Assembly (NCBI RefSeq): GCF_021028975.2
Contig: NC_059440.1
Coordinates: 29,016,001-29,080,000, forward strand
Direction of reading: 5' to 3'
Length of the DNA stretch: 64,000 nt
Origin: Sphaerodactylus townsendi
Taxonomy: Eukaryota
A program made the translations under genes and the position numbers. This document shows positions 12,801 through 25,200 of the stretch, piece by piece (the first letter of the stretch is position 1; each line of letters opens with the position of its first letter). A model generated the notes under the pieces. The model searched no databases. It was not told the DNA's origin and was given only the letters and a program-made list of their open reading frames with translations.

Positions 12801-15800
12801 AGCAGAAAGTGAAGCGAGGGAAAGAAATAACAGCCACCCAGACTCAGAGACTGAAACAAGGCCTCTCCCCCTGACCCCCAACAGTGGCAGCTGAGCAGTT
12901 GGACTCTCCAGTGCTGAAGATGCGGAGCCGTGGAGTCTGCACTCCTTGAGGATGGTGGTAATTTTGAACATGTGAGGAGACTGAAGGGGGTGACCCTCCT
13001 TGGAAAGGCTAGAAGCTTCTGAGCCAAGCGAGGGATGCTGCAGTACTTGATGCTACATGACAGATCTAGTGGCCACCTCTAAAACTTGATGGCATCGTGC
13101 ATGGTTGCTCCTGGACAGAAATGCTACAAACAGGGCAAGGAAGGCTGCGTTGGGCGGGGGAGCGGGCAGTCTTCTGCATATCAAAGAGGACACAGAGTTA
13201 GATAAGCTAGCAAACAGCTCAACAGATTCTTTGCCTCTGTGTTTGCTGTGGAAAGTGTGTGACAGAGACCCAGACCAAAGGTCCTGTTTTGGGGAGTGGT
13301 GTATGAAGAACTGTGTCAAATGGAAGAAGCGAGAGATGAATTAGGACCAATGAGCAAATTAAAAACCAGCTCATCACAAGTCACTTACTAACAGTAAGTT
13401 AGTCACTGGGTCTTGATGGCATACACCCAGGTGTTCCCCGGGAAATCAAATGAGAAATTGTAGGTTTTCTAAACAGTATGTGTATCTCGTCATTAAAATC
13501 AAGTTTCTTATTGGGAGACTGGAAAATATCAGAAATAACTTATGAAGACGACTATAAACTAGTCTTTAGTTCAGAAAACAGATGATTGGATAGAAGTTGG
13601 GGTAGAGAAAAGGATAGAGCAAGCTTATTTTCACTCTCTCATAATACTTGGAAGCTGGGGGCATCTAATGAAGTTGAGGGGTAACAGGTACAGGACCAAG
13701 GAAATACTTATTTATTCAATGAGTAGTTAAATTGTTACTAGCCATGGTGAGTAAATGGAACCTCCTTACACAGAGGCAATACACCACCAGTGCTAGGAGG
13801 AGACATCAAGAGAGCCCTTGGCTTCTAGGCGCTGCTGCTGTTAGCCCTGCAGAATAATTTACTGGCCACTGCATGAGACCAGATACTGGTTTAGAGGGAC
13901 CCTCACTGGTGTGACCCAGCAGGACAGCTGTGAGTTTCTTCTTGAAACTCCACGGGGTGGGAAGGAGGCAGCACGCTCCATTTCCAGCAGTTTGCCTCCA
14001 TCTTTACTTGAAGCAAATAGCCTTGGAATGCCTGATGGGAGTTTGGGTTTGTGCAGAGCCAGGCAACAAGAGCCTCGTGGTGAGACATCCCCCAGCATCC
14101 CCTGACAGAGTCAGCTGCAGAACCCGGGTCAGCACTCCAAGTCGCAAGCCCTGTCTCTTCCTCTGAGTTCGGAACCCAACCCTTGGGACCACTGCAAAGC
14201 TGTCTGTGACTTTTCCAGTCTAGAAGAGCGGCTTATTATGCTGGTAGCATGCCCGTGCGCGCGCACACACACACACACACTCACTCCTACCTTCATTGCA
14301 CTCGGCCAGCTGTTTCTGCAGTTGCTGTACTTGAGCCCCGGCCACATCCCGCTGGGCCTCCATGTCAGCCAACCGGTGGTTCAAGGTAGCCATTTGAGAC
14401 CGGATTTCATCCTTCGTGCCAAAGAGAGAGACGGAACAGTCAGCAGCTGGGAAAAGCACTTGCCCGCTGACCCGCCACACGCCATCCACACACCCTCTCT
14501 CGCTGTGCTGCCCTCAGCTCTTGCAGGAAATCACAGAGCGCAACCCGCACCACTTCCGGGTCAATGTCCACGACCAGCTGCTCGCTGCAACTTGGGGAAG
14601 CATGATGCTCTGGGGACGGAGTTCGAGAGTTCACGCTGCAGGCCTCTGGTGCGGGGCTGCCTTGCCTACCTGCAGCAACACCCAGGGGCAGGAAGGGAAG
14701 AGGCAGGGTTGCCATGCAGACAGACCAGTGCCAAGCAGACAGGGCCTCCCCACCACGGAGTATACCTTTTGGAGGGGAGAAAAGTCTCTGGGGGGAGCTG
14801 CCTCGCTTCCTGACAGCAAGGCCAATGCCCACAGTGCGCCTCAGGGACGAGTAGAGGCTGCCCAGCTTGAGCTCCACGCCTCTCTTCAGGCTTTCCATGC
14901 GGGACAACTCTGCCTCCAGGCCCTGGGCACGTCCCTCAGCCGCACTGAGGCGTAGGCTCAGCTCTGCCGCCTCGGCCTGCGCGGTCTCCAGCTTGACCCC
15001 CAAGTTGTGGCCGGCATCCACCAGCTTCCTCTCGCGGGCCTGAGCCTCCTCCAGGCTGGCCAGCAGCCCCCTCTCCCTCTGCTGGAATTCACGCTCCAGA
15101 TCTGCCACCTTCTGCTGCAGTCTGTGGAGCTAATGAGGGTTTGAGAAGAGAAGGGCAAAGGTTGAGAGCCATTTGGGGCAACCTCTGGAGGCGTGTGACG
15201 GTGCACACTGAGCCACAAAATCTCAGCATGGAATGTATGCCAATGGGGTCTAATCGAGCTAGCTGTGACCAGGAATGAAGGAGGCCACGAGGTTGTCGTG
15301 GAAAGCATGTCGAAAGCACAGGCTCAGAGGGCAGCAGCCGTGGAAAAGGCGCACTCCGTGCTGGAAAGGTGTCAACAGCTACAATCTTAAAGACACTCTT
15401 CCTGGGAGCAGGTCCTATTGACGAGAATGGGAATTACTTCTGAGCAGCCCTGCTCAGGCTCGCTCCCACAGTGGCATAGGTCGGTGGCCCCCTCTGACGG
15501 TGGGGATTTGGGGAATCACTGGGGGGCTTAATGCTTTAATTAAATACTGATCTTCTGGCCACACAAGTTGGAGAAAAGTGCTTTACGTCAAGAGCTTCCC
15601 ATGGGCTTCCCCCTGAGAAGGGGCAAGAAGCAAGCAGGACGAGGGACTGAATGCCTGACTAAAGGAGAGAGGCTCGGGCAGGCTCCTTCCAGACCCAAGC
15701 GCCCAGGTGAGGCCCATGAGGGTCCTGGAGCTCACCTCTTCCCGGACTGACTCTCTGCCAGCCTCACTGGCTGCAATCTTCTGTTTGAGGCCAATGGACT

Positions 15801-16217
15801 CCCTTCTGCTCTCCTCCTTGCACTGCTCCTCACAAGTCACTCGGGCCTGGAGTTCAGCCACTTCCTGCTCCCTCTTGGCCCTCTCGCTGTCCAGCACCTT
15901 GATCTGTGGAGCAGCAACGCAGCAGCGCTTGAGCAGGCACCAGCAGCACAGGCAGGAGACGGAGGGGAGCTGACGGGGACACGGAGGCCAGGAGGAAGCA
16001 GGTTTGGCAGGGAGGGCAGCAGCTTCAGGGACTGGCCCAACCTCTTTGGTCAACAACACAGAGGTGTGTGCCTGTGCCAGGAAGGGAGGCCTCTCCCCAA
16101 ACGCCTGCAAACCTCAGCAAAAGGGCTGCCAGGTCTCCAGCCAAGGGATGCAAAGAGCCCGGAGAAGAGGAAAAGAGAAAAACCCAAAACATAACAAAAG
16201 GGCGAGGGAGGAAAAGC

Positions 16218-16252
<35 letters not shown>

Positions 16253-19200
16253 ACGTGGGGAGGCAGCAAAGCCTTATATGTAAACCCCACCCCCCCACAT
16301 CATTTATACTCCAGGCACAGAAAGGTTCAGGGACGGTGGGGGTAGAGTTGAGTGTGCCGCTTTCAATTCCTCGCCCAGTCCAGATAGTTAAGCCAGATAA
16401 TCACTATGGGGTGGACTCCAGCCCTTGGGTGAACCCCGCTACCTGCCACCGCAGCTCCTGCAGCTCCCGCCGGGCTTCCAGCCGCGACCGCTCCACCTCT
16501 TGGAGGCTGATGCGCAGGTCAGCAGCCTCCTTGCCCACGGCAGCACACACTTCCTCCAAAATAGAGATCTTCTGCTCCTTCTCGTCATTGGCACGCTTTA
16601 AACTGGGGACAGAGAGGGGCGTGGCCACCAGCATCCAAGGCCTGGTCAGGGAGTGCAGAAACCAGACTGCCCCACCCCAAGCAAGTCTGACCGGAAACAA
16701 AGGCTGTGCAAGAGAACGCCTTGCCCAGGCCACACAGGGACAGTGGGGCAGCCCTCCGCCCTCTCTTCCCTCACCTGATGCGGTTGTTCTCAGCACGCTT
16801 CACATTGGCACGCAACTCTGCATTGGACCGCTGCAGGGCCTCCTTCTCTTTGGTCTCATCGCTTAGGCTCCGGTGCAGGCCCATGGACTCCTTGCGCTGG
16901 ATCATCTGACCCTCCTGGGCTTCACGAGCCTGACGCTGAGTCTCCAGCAAGTCCTGCCGGATGGCGTCCCGCACATCCTCCACCAGACGCAGCTGCACCC
17001 TCAGCTCCTCCACCTGGGTGGGCAGCAGTGGGGAACACTCGAAAAACCAAAACAGCTCCCAGGACAGCCCAGGTTGCAGCAGCCTCCAGGTGACACACCT
17101 CCCCCTGGGATCTGGAGGCCAGCAAGGTCCTCCCCCATCCCACCCCACACTGCCCTAGTTCTGCTGCACACGGCCCCTCCTACCCTCTCCTATCCTTCTG
17201 GCCAGCTCCTACCCCACCACATCTTTCTTCACCCGGAAACATAAAGGTGGGGATCAAGGGACCCTTTACAATGGGCTGGGGGCTCCCAGGGATTAAGGCC
17301 AAAGTGAAGGCAAAGGTGAAGGCTCATACACCACCCGGTATCTGGGGGAATGGGCAGGTGGTCACAGTCAAGCCTTTTCTCAGGATGGGGGAAGCCCAGG
17401 TGGCCACCGAGAAGCTCAAGAGAATCCGTCCAAACTGGGAGAGCAGGAAACTGTGTGGCAAAGGACTCCGACTAAGTGCAAAGTGATGCGCCACGGGGCA
17501 GGAAATCCAACGGAACAAACGCTCTGCTGGAGTCTGACTGCTTGGGGGGCTACAGGAGAGATCTTTGTGAAAGTGCCGACAGCAGCAGGGTGGTGGGCAG
17601 CAAGGGAAGAGCCAAATTCTGCAGCGGAAGGTGCGACCCCTCTCTGCAGGGCGGGGAGAATAAAGGGAAGATCGAAGGATTGCTCAGAGTCCTGACTGCC
17701 AGCTCACAAACTGGTGATATTTGAGGAGGGGGCTGGTGCAGGAAAAGGAACCCTACATGAGCCAGGGGGTCACAGCGCCTTCTTCAGGAGGCAAGGAAGA
17801 GGCACGTCAGCGTTTCAAGTTTGAGAAAAGATGACAAGCCGTTGGAGAATGGGATGGAGGTTGCTGAAATAACACGCGTGAGCCGGAGGACGTGGGCGGG
17901 GGCAGGGAGAACTTTTATTTCCATCAGAATTTCATGTAATGAACATGACAGACAACAGATGCTGGACAAGCAAAAGAACCCCCCCCCCTTCACACAAATG
18001 CATAATTAACCTTCAGAACTCACTGCCCCAGGATGTAATGATGACCAAGAGCCTAGACAGCTTTAAAAAGGGCATGGGCAAAGTGATGGAGGGGGGAAAA
18101 GTAGCTGACTGCCAGCTGACCGTCTGCCTTTGAGGACCAGCTCCAGGGGGGGGGGCGGCCGCTGTCCGAGGCCACCGCCTGCAGCCTCTGCAGAAGCACT
18201 CTGGGGAGCCTGGCCAGCAGGACTCTCCTCCCCCAACGCCTTGGGCTGCCCGCTTACCTCTTGGAGGGCCGATTCCTTCTGCTTTCCCACATCCCTGGCC
18301 TGGTCACGGAGCGCCTGCACCGCCTGCTCGTGGGCTGCCGTGTCTTCCTCTTGCTGCCTGTGGAGGTCTCTGAGCTCCGCATTCAAGGCAGCAACTGTGG
18401 CCTGCAGCGAGAGGGAAAGACCAGCCCCTTGTCTGAGCCTCGGGTGATGCAGCATCAACAGGCCCTCCTGCAGGTGGGGCGGGGGGCGCTTATGCTGGCA
18501 CGAGCAGCAACAGAAGAACAGAAGAACAGAAGAACTAGCCAGCTGGATCAGACCAGAGTCCATCTAGTCCAGCTCTCTGCTACTCGCAGTGGCCCACCAG
18601 GTGCCTTTGGGAGCTCACGTGCAGGAGGTGAACGCAATGGCCTTCTGCGGCTGCTGCTCCCGAGCACCTGGGCTGCTAAGGCATTTGCAATCTGAGATCA
18701 AGGAGGATCAAGATTGGTAGCCATAGATCGACTTCTCCTCCATAAATCTGTCCAAGGGTGTGGATGTGACCCCACAGAGTGGGGGGAGTTACTTTATGGT
18801 TTTGCTACTTATTTATTTATTTGAAACCCTTATTAGCTGTCTTTCTCTCATGTGAAACTCGAGATGACTTACAACAGAAGTGAAGCAACAAAAAGCAATA
18901 AAAACAATCTTCTGTAAAACACAATTTAAAGACTACAATTAGGACTGCCAATCGTAACAGTCTCCTAACCGTTGAAAGGGAGGGGCCAAAGGGGCCACGT
19001 GAGGATAGTGGCTGCTGATCATCATTTACCCGAAATTCGACTCCCACCGTCATGACGGACAGCCGGGCTTTGGCTTCAGTTCACTCATCACCCCCACCCC
19101 CGCCCACCCTCAGTGACCCCTGCCCAGATCGGAACCCACATGCACACCCACCCGCTCTTGCTCCTGCCGGCTCCGGGCATCTTGCTTGAGCCTTTCCAGC

Positions 19201-22200
19201 TCCAAGGTCCGGCTGGCCAGGCTCTGCTGGACCCCCGAGAGCTTCTCCAGCAGCGCCATCTTTTCCGATTCCTTGAGGGAGAGGCCCTGGGGACGGGGGG
19301 AGGACGAGGGGGTCACCGGCAGCCAGGCATGGGGACGAGGAGCGGCAACAGCCCAAAGGTCTGGTGGATGTGGCACCGGCTCTCTGCACGCCCCCCTCCC
19401 CCCCAACCATCCTCCTGGTCTGAGGAGACGGAAGTCACCTGGCACAGCCACACTCAGTCTGGGGGAGGGAGCAGAGGGCTTCCCTCCACGCCCCCAGGTG
19501 CCAGCCGAGAGACCCTCCACACGCAAAGGATTCCCAGCTGGGCACAAAGGCCAGAGCATCGGGCAGCAGAGAAGTTGCGGGGGGGGGGGGTGAGCGGAGC
19601 TGATTTGGATGCACACACTTAAATTTGGGGGGCTGATTCTAGGTGTGTGTTCTAGAACCCCTTCCTTCCCCCTGCATTTTCCCATTCCAAACATTTCTGG
19701 ACATTGTTTGAAAGCCCACATTTGAGGGGGAAATGACAAATGCACATAAAATGAAGGGAATCTATCCCAGTAGTCCTGCCCTGCCCTGATGCCCCTGTGG
19801 AGAGGAGCCTTCCCCTGAGAAGAGGGGCCACAGACTCCCTCCCCCGCCACCTGCCTTGGGGTTTTGATGGCGCCTCTTGAGCTCTGTCACATCAAACCTC
19901 CCTTGGGCAACAGCTCAGCAATGGCAACTGGAGTCCACAGGATCGGGACCGCACGGAAGCCCAGGCCCTCCAGTGGAGATGCCCGCCCCCTTCCCACCTG
20001 CTGCTTCTCGCTCTCAGCCTGCAAGAGGGTCTCGTCCCGCTCCTGCTGGAGAGCCGTGAGCTCCTCGATCAGCTCCTCTTTCTCGGCCTCGTGGCGGGCC
20101 AGCAGCTCCTCCTGCTCCCGCGTCAGGCGGGCCAGCAGCGCCTCCCGCTGGGCTTCCAGCTCCCTCCGCAGCGCCTCCTGCAGGGAAGAGCACCCGAGGG
20201 CTGGGTGTGGTGACTTGGGACCCAGCCACCCACCCCTCCACCCACCCGTGGGGAGAAGGGCTTCTGCCAATCCATCCCAACACCAAAGCTTGACTCACAC
20301 ACAGAACGGTGTTCATCTGGGTGGCTGAGAGAGAGCGAGACTCCGGCCCTCTGAGGCAAAGATCACCCCCCCCCCCCCCCGAGCTGGGTGAATCTCGCTT
20401 CTGGCCACAAGAGAAGGCGGAGGATCCCTCGACTGGCTTTCCAAGGGACTTGCTCCATCCGGGCTACTGCCAGCTGCCTGCTCAAAGAGCCGGCTGCTGA
20501 ACAGCAAGGGGAGGGGGGCAGAGTGTGTGTGGGGGGGGGACGACTGTTGCCTGCTCATGCTCAGAAGCCCCTGCTTGGCTCTCCCCGACTGACACAGGAA
20601 GGCAGATCCAACCTGGTTTTAAAACATGGCCTTTTCCCTCTGGAACATCTGCCTGAAATCCCATTTGGAGCAAGGCTTGTGCATTTCGGCACGCGCCCAC
20701 TGCTCTGCTTTGCTAAAGAACAAACCTGCACAGAGTCAGTAAAACCTTTGGACCCAATCCACCAGGCCCGACGCTGCACATACTTTCTCCCTCTGAAGCT
20801 GAGCCACCTCCTCTTCGTGCGCTGCCTGCCTGGTCCTCAGGGCCGTCTGGGCCTCCTCCTCCACCTGGGACAACTTCAGGGCTTGCAGAAGCTGCTCACG
20901 CTCCAGCCGGCTCACCTCAGCCTCCCTCTGCTTGCGGGCGCTGCCCAGCTCCACTGCCACAGACGGGAGGAAGGGAGTCAACGCAAAGAGGGCCAGAGAG
21001 CCTCAGGTCACAGGGAGGACCTCCGCAAGGGCAGAGGCCACTGCCCCCTCTGGGGGGGGGGGACATCTCCACGGAGGACTCTCAGCACAGGAGGCCTCCC
21101 AACGACAGGATGCGTCCAAGAGGCATCAGCCACAACACAAGGGACGCCTGAGCCCCTTGCTCCCCCCCCCCCCCCCGTGAAAACACCCACTCCTGCCCAG
21201 CCTGGAGAAAATAAAATAAAGAGTGCGGATAGGTGTCTCTTGGAGGGCCAGCCCAACAAGAGCTGGACACGACAAGCACCCCAGATCCCCCCGTGCCCCA
21301 CACGAATGGAGAGGCCCACAGGGGGGCAAGCAGGAGTGTGTCCCCACCCCCCACCCCAGGCCACCTTGCAGGGCTTCTCTGGCCAGACACAGGGCCTGGC
21401 TCTGTGACTCCAGCTGCTCCTTCCGTGCGTCCACCTGAGCCAGACGGTTCTGGACATCAAAGAGGGTTGTCTCCAAGGTGTCTTTTTCTGATCTGGACAA
21501 AGTTCAGAAGAGCACAAGGAGAGCCCAGAATAACCCTCTGAGCCATCCAGGGCTCATACCTTTCAGAGATAGGGGCTAAAGCCTCTCCCACCTGCTGACA
21601 CGAGGCCACTGCCCCCCCCCCCCCCGCCGGGGTTTCAGTTCACCCCACCATGGGGCTAACAGGAATCACAGGAGTTCTCAGTGGAATTCCAAAGCCTGAA
21701 TTGACTGCCCACTAACTAAAGAGTGCCCCCCCCCCCGTGCATTCTTCTACAATCCCTCCCATCGTGCCCCACTGACCATCATTTTTGTAGCCCCTGAGCC
21801 TTTGCTCCTAGGGGAGAAGTACCGCCCCTTCCCCATCCTGGCTGCCCTCTGCTTCAGCACACGGGATTCTCGGTGTAGCTGAACTCTCCAGCCTCAGCAG
21901 GGGCCCTACGCTCCCCAGGCCTCTCTCTGCGTGTGGAAGCGCTGCCCAGTAGCTAGCCTAAGAACGCCCCATGGCTTCATGCCCCATTCATGCCCAGTAC
22001 TGATCTGTCTGCCATTTTTCCTGGACTTGAACTTGTCTACCTCCCTTTTATGTCCCCAGCAAACCCTTCTGGCCTGTGAGAGAACTAGCAGCCGACTTAA
22101 GCTAGCCTGCCTGCATCATGCCATCCAAATCCTCCCTCAACTTTGCTGGATTTTCTGCCACAACCCTTTCTCCAACCCTCTCCCCTGAGGCCTCCCCCCA

Positions 22201-25200
22201 AACTTTCCAGACCTCTCATTCGGCAAGGGCAGTCTGGGCAAAAGGATCCAGACCCCAGGCATCCCAGCATCAAGGGAACAGAGCGGAACGCGAGACAGAT
22301 CTCAGTCCCCCATGAGATCTGCTTGCTCTGCCCTGGGAATGTCAAATCAGGAGGGGAAGGAGCAGCACGAGACCGGAGCCCTCCTTCGTGCTGTGGCTCT
22401 GCCCCCCACGGGCTCTTGCCAGCGAGTGGCAGCGGAGCCCTCCAATTAGCCACACCCCACCCTGCCTGTTTGCTAGCACTGCTGCTAGTGCCCAGGCGGC
22501 CTGCTCAACACGGCCGCTGGCCAGTCCACCCACCCACCACCCACCAGTCCCAGGCACTCTCAGCCACACCTGCAGAGGGCGCACTGGCCCAGCCCCCTAC
22601 CTGAGGCCTGCAATCTCCTCCGCCAGCCCCCGGTTGTCCCGCTCCGAGGCGGCCAGTTGGACGGCCAGGCTGGCCTTCTCCTTCATCAGCCCCTCCTTCT
22701 CCTTGGCTGCCCTGAGCGAGGCCTCACTGTGGCACTCCAGGTCCCTGCGCACCTGCGCCAGCGCCTCGCTGGCTGCGTCCCTCTGGCGAGACAGCTGGGA
22801 GGAGAAAAGAGGGCAGCCGCTGCCAGGCTCTCCTGGTCCCCAGGGCCACCCCCACGCCCCCAAGCAGAGCTCAGCCCTCGAAGAAGAGGAAGAAGTGAAG
22901 TGGTTGCCTCAGAGCATGGGCAGACCGCCCTCGCCTGACACCACTGCAGCCTTCGGAGGTGCAGGACTTGGGCCAGGAAGAAAGCAGCCGTCTTGCAGGC
23001 ACTCTTTTAAAGAACCTACCTGGCAACTCAGGCTCAAGAAACGGCACATTCGCCAGGGACCCAAGTTCAGCCCCTGGAAGCCCCTGCCGGCCGGGGTCAT
23101 CTCTGCATTCATAACAGCCACGGCCACACAAACAGCAAGGCTCGCTTGCGGGGAGTTTGCAGCAGGGCTCACTCACAGGAGGAAAGCTAGCTGCTGACGG
23201 ACACACCCCTATGCCTGCGCAAACACGCCCCCCCCCCCCCGAAGCCAGAAGTAGCAGGAGCAACTCCAACTCAGCTCAGTAGTGTGTGTGGGGGGGGGGG
23301 CAGAGGCTCCTCCCATGCCCGCCTTGCAGCTCACCTGTCCCAGCTGCCCCCGGACTAGCTCCTGCTCCCCTTGCAGAGTCGAGAGCTCCCGCTGCAGCTT
23401 CTCCCTGCTCTGCTCCACCGCCTGCAGCGAATGCCCAGCCGCCCGGCACTCCGCAGCCAGGTCCAGCCTCTCCTGCTCCAGCTGCGCCAGCTCCAGTCGA
23501 ATCGTAGCCTTCTCCTGCTCCGCTGCCTGCTTTGCCCCCGAGAGGGCCGCCTTCTCCTCTTCCAGCTGGCCCCACAAGGAAAGGGAGGGCTCATCACTGC
23601 CAGCCCTGGGCAGCAGGCAGGGCAGAAGGGCCCACCGCCCTCGGTGTCCTCCTCCACCCGAGTCCCACGGCAGCTCTTCTGCTACCGTGAGCCATGATTA
23701 AATAACACCACCTGCCATGCACCAGTGCCCAGGGCCAGAAAACTGCAGCCTCCTCTCAAAGGCCAAGGGGCACCCCCCCCCCCGGCTCCCTTGGAACCCG
23801 CCAGTCAGCAAGGGCAGGGAGATGCTCTACAGGGCAGCCCTGCAAATCCTGCTCAGCCAGGCCTCCTGGCTAGCTCCACAGCACACCTGGCCATAGCCCC
23901 CCTAGCCCAGGACCCTGTTTCTCTTGCCAGTCAAGCAGAGATGGCCACGGTGAGGAATACTGTGCCACTCCAGCCGCCTCCCCCCCCCTGCAGCCACAAA
24001 ACTCTCCCCGGTCCGCACCTGGGCAATGACGCGGTTGAGTTCTGTCTTATCCTGGGCAAGTCCCTCATTCAGGACACTCATCTTGGACAGGGAATCCCGC
24101 AGAGAAGCCTCTTCTGCACTCATCCTGTTGAGGATTCGTTCCAGCTCAGCACGCCTCACCTCTGCCTGAACGGGGGGAAGGGGCAGCGAACTGCTCAAGC
24201 CCGACAGCAAGGACCAGAGCCTGCGGGTGGGCCTCTGCGACAGGACAGCGGTTTTGGCTGAGGCACTCAGGGCAGCGGCATCTTACTGGTGGAACGGGGG
24301 ACATCATTCAGCCATGCCATGCAGGCATGGAAACCCCACCCACGGAGCCAAATCCAGGACTCCCCAGGGCTTTGTATGGATGGGCAGAAGGGAAAACCTG
24401 AGAACGCCCCTCCCCCTGGCCAGGACCATGGGCCTGATCCAAGCAGAAAGGGGAGCACCTAGCAGCCGCCAAGGTCCCTACACTGTGCCAAGGTGCCTGC
24501 AGAGCTCCTCATGCTCAGCACCACTACGTGAAGACCCAGGCCGCCTTGCAACGGCAGCAGCTCCCACCCCCACCCCCACTTGCCTGGGCGAGGGCTTCAG
24601 CCCCCTGGGCCTTTTCACCCTCGGCCATCTCCTTCTCCAAGACCGCCTGGCTGAGCGCTTCGCGGGCAAGAACCAGCTCACTCTTCAAGGCCGACTTCTG
24701 CCCCTGCAGGCGCTCCAGCTGCTCGTGGCTGTGAGAGGCAAGCGGGGGGGGGGGGGGATTACAGGCATCCTGCAGAAGACGCCTGAGGACGTCCCCAGGT
24801 GACAAATCAAAATGCAACAGGAGCCGAACAGACAGGCGCAGGGAGAACGGCCCCGTCTTCCAGAGCACGCTGCAGCCTTAAGGCTCTGTGGTCACCCCAA
24901 CAGCTCCTCAGACTGGACACAGTCTGTTTGGGGGGGGGGGGTTCTGATGAAGGCAGTCTCCTTTGAAAACAGGAGGTATGAGAGAGAGAAGGGAGAGGGA
25001 GGGATCTTTTCTCTGGCCAAGCCTGGAACTAGCCAAGGCAGCTGCGAATGTACAGCAGGGCTTTGCAACCCAGCCGCATGCGCCCCCCCCCCCCCCCAGT
25101 AAAAACTCTGCAGCAGGAAGGGGGGGCAGAGTGGGACTGCAACCTGCTCACCCACCCCTGCTTGACCTCCTTCCAGCCTCGTTCCCGGTCTGCCAAGAGG

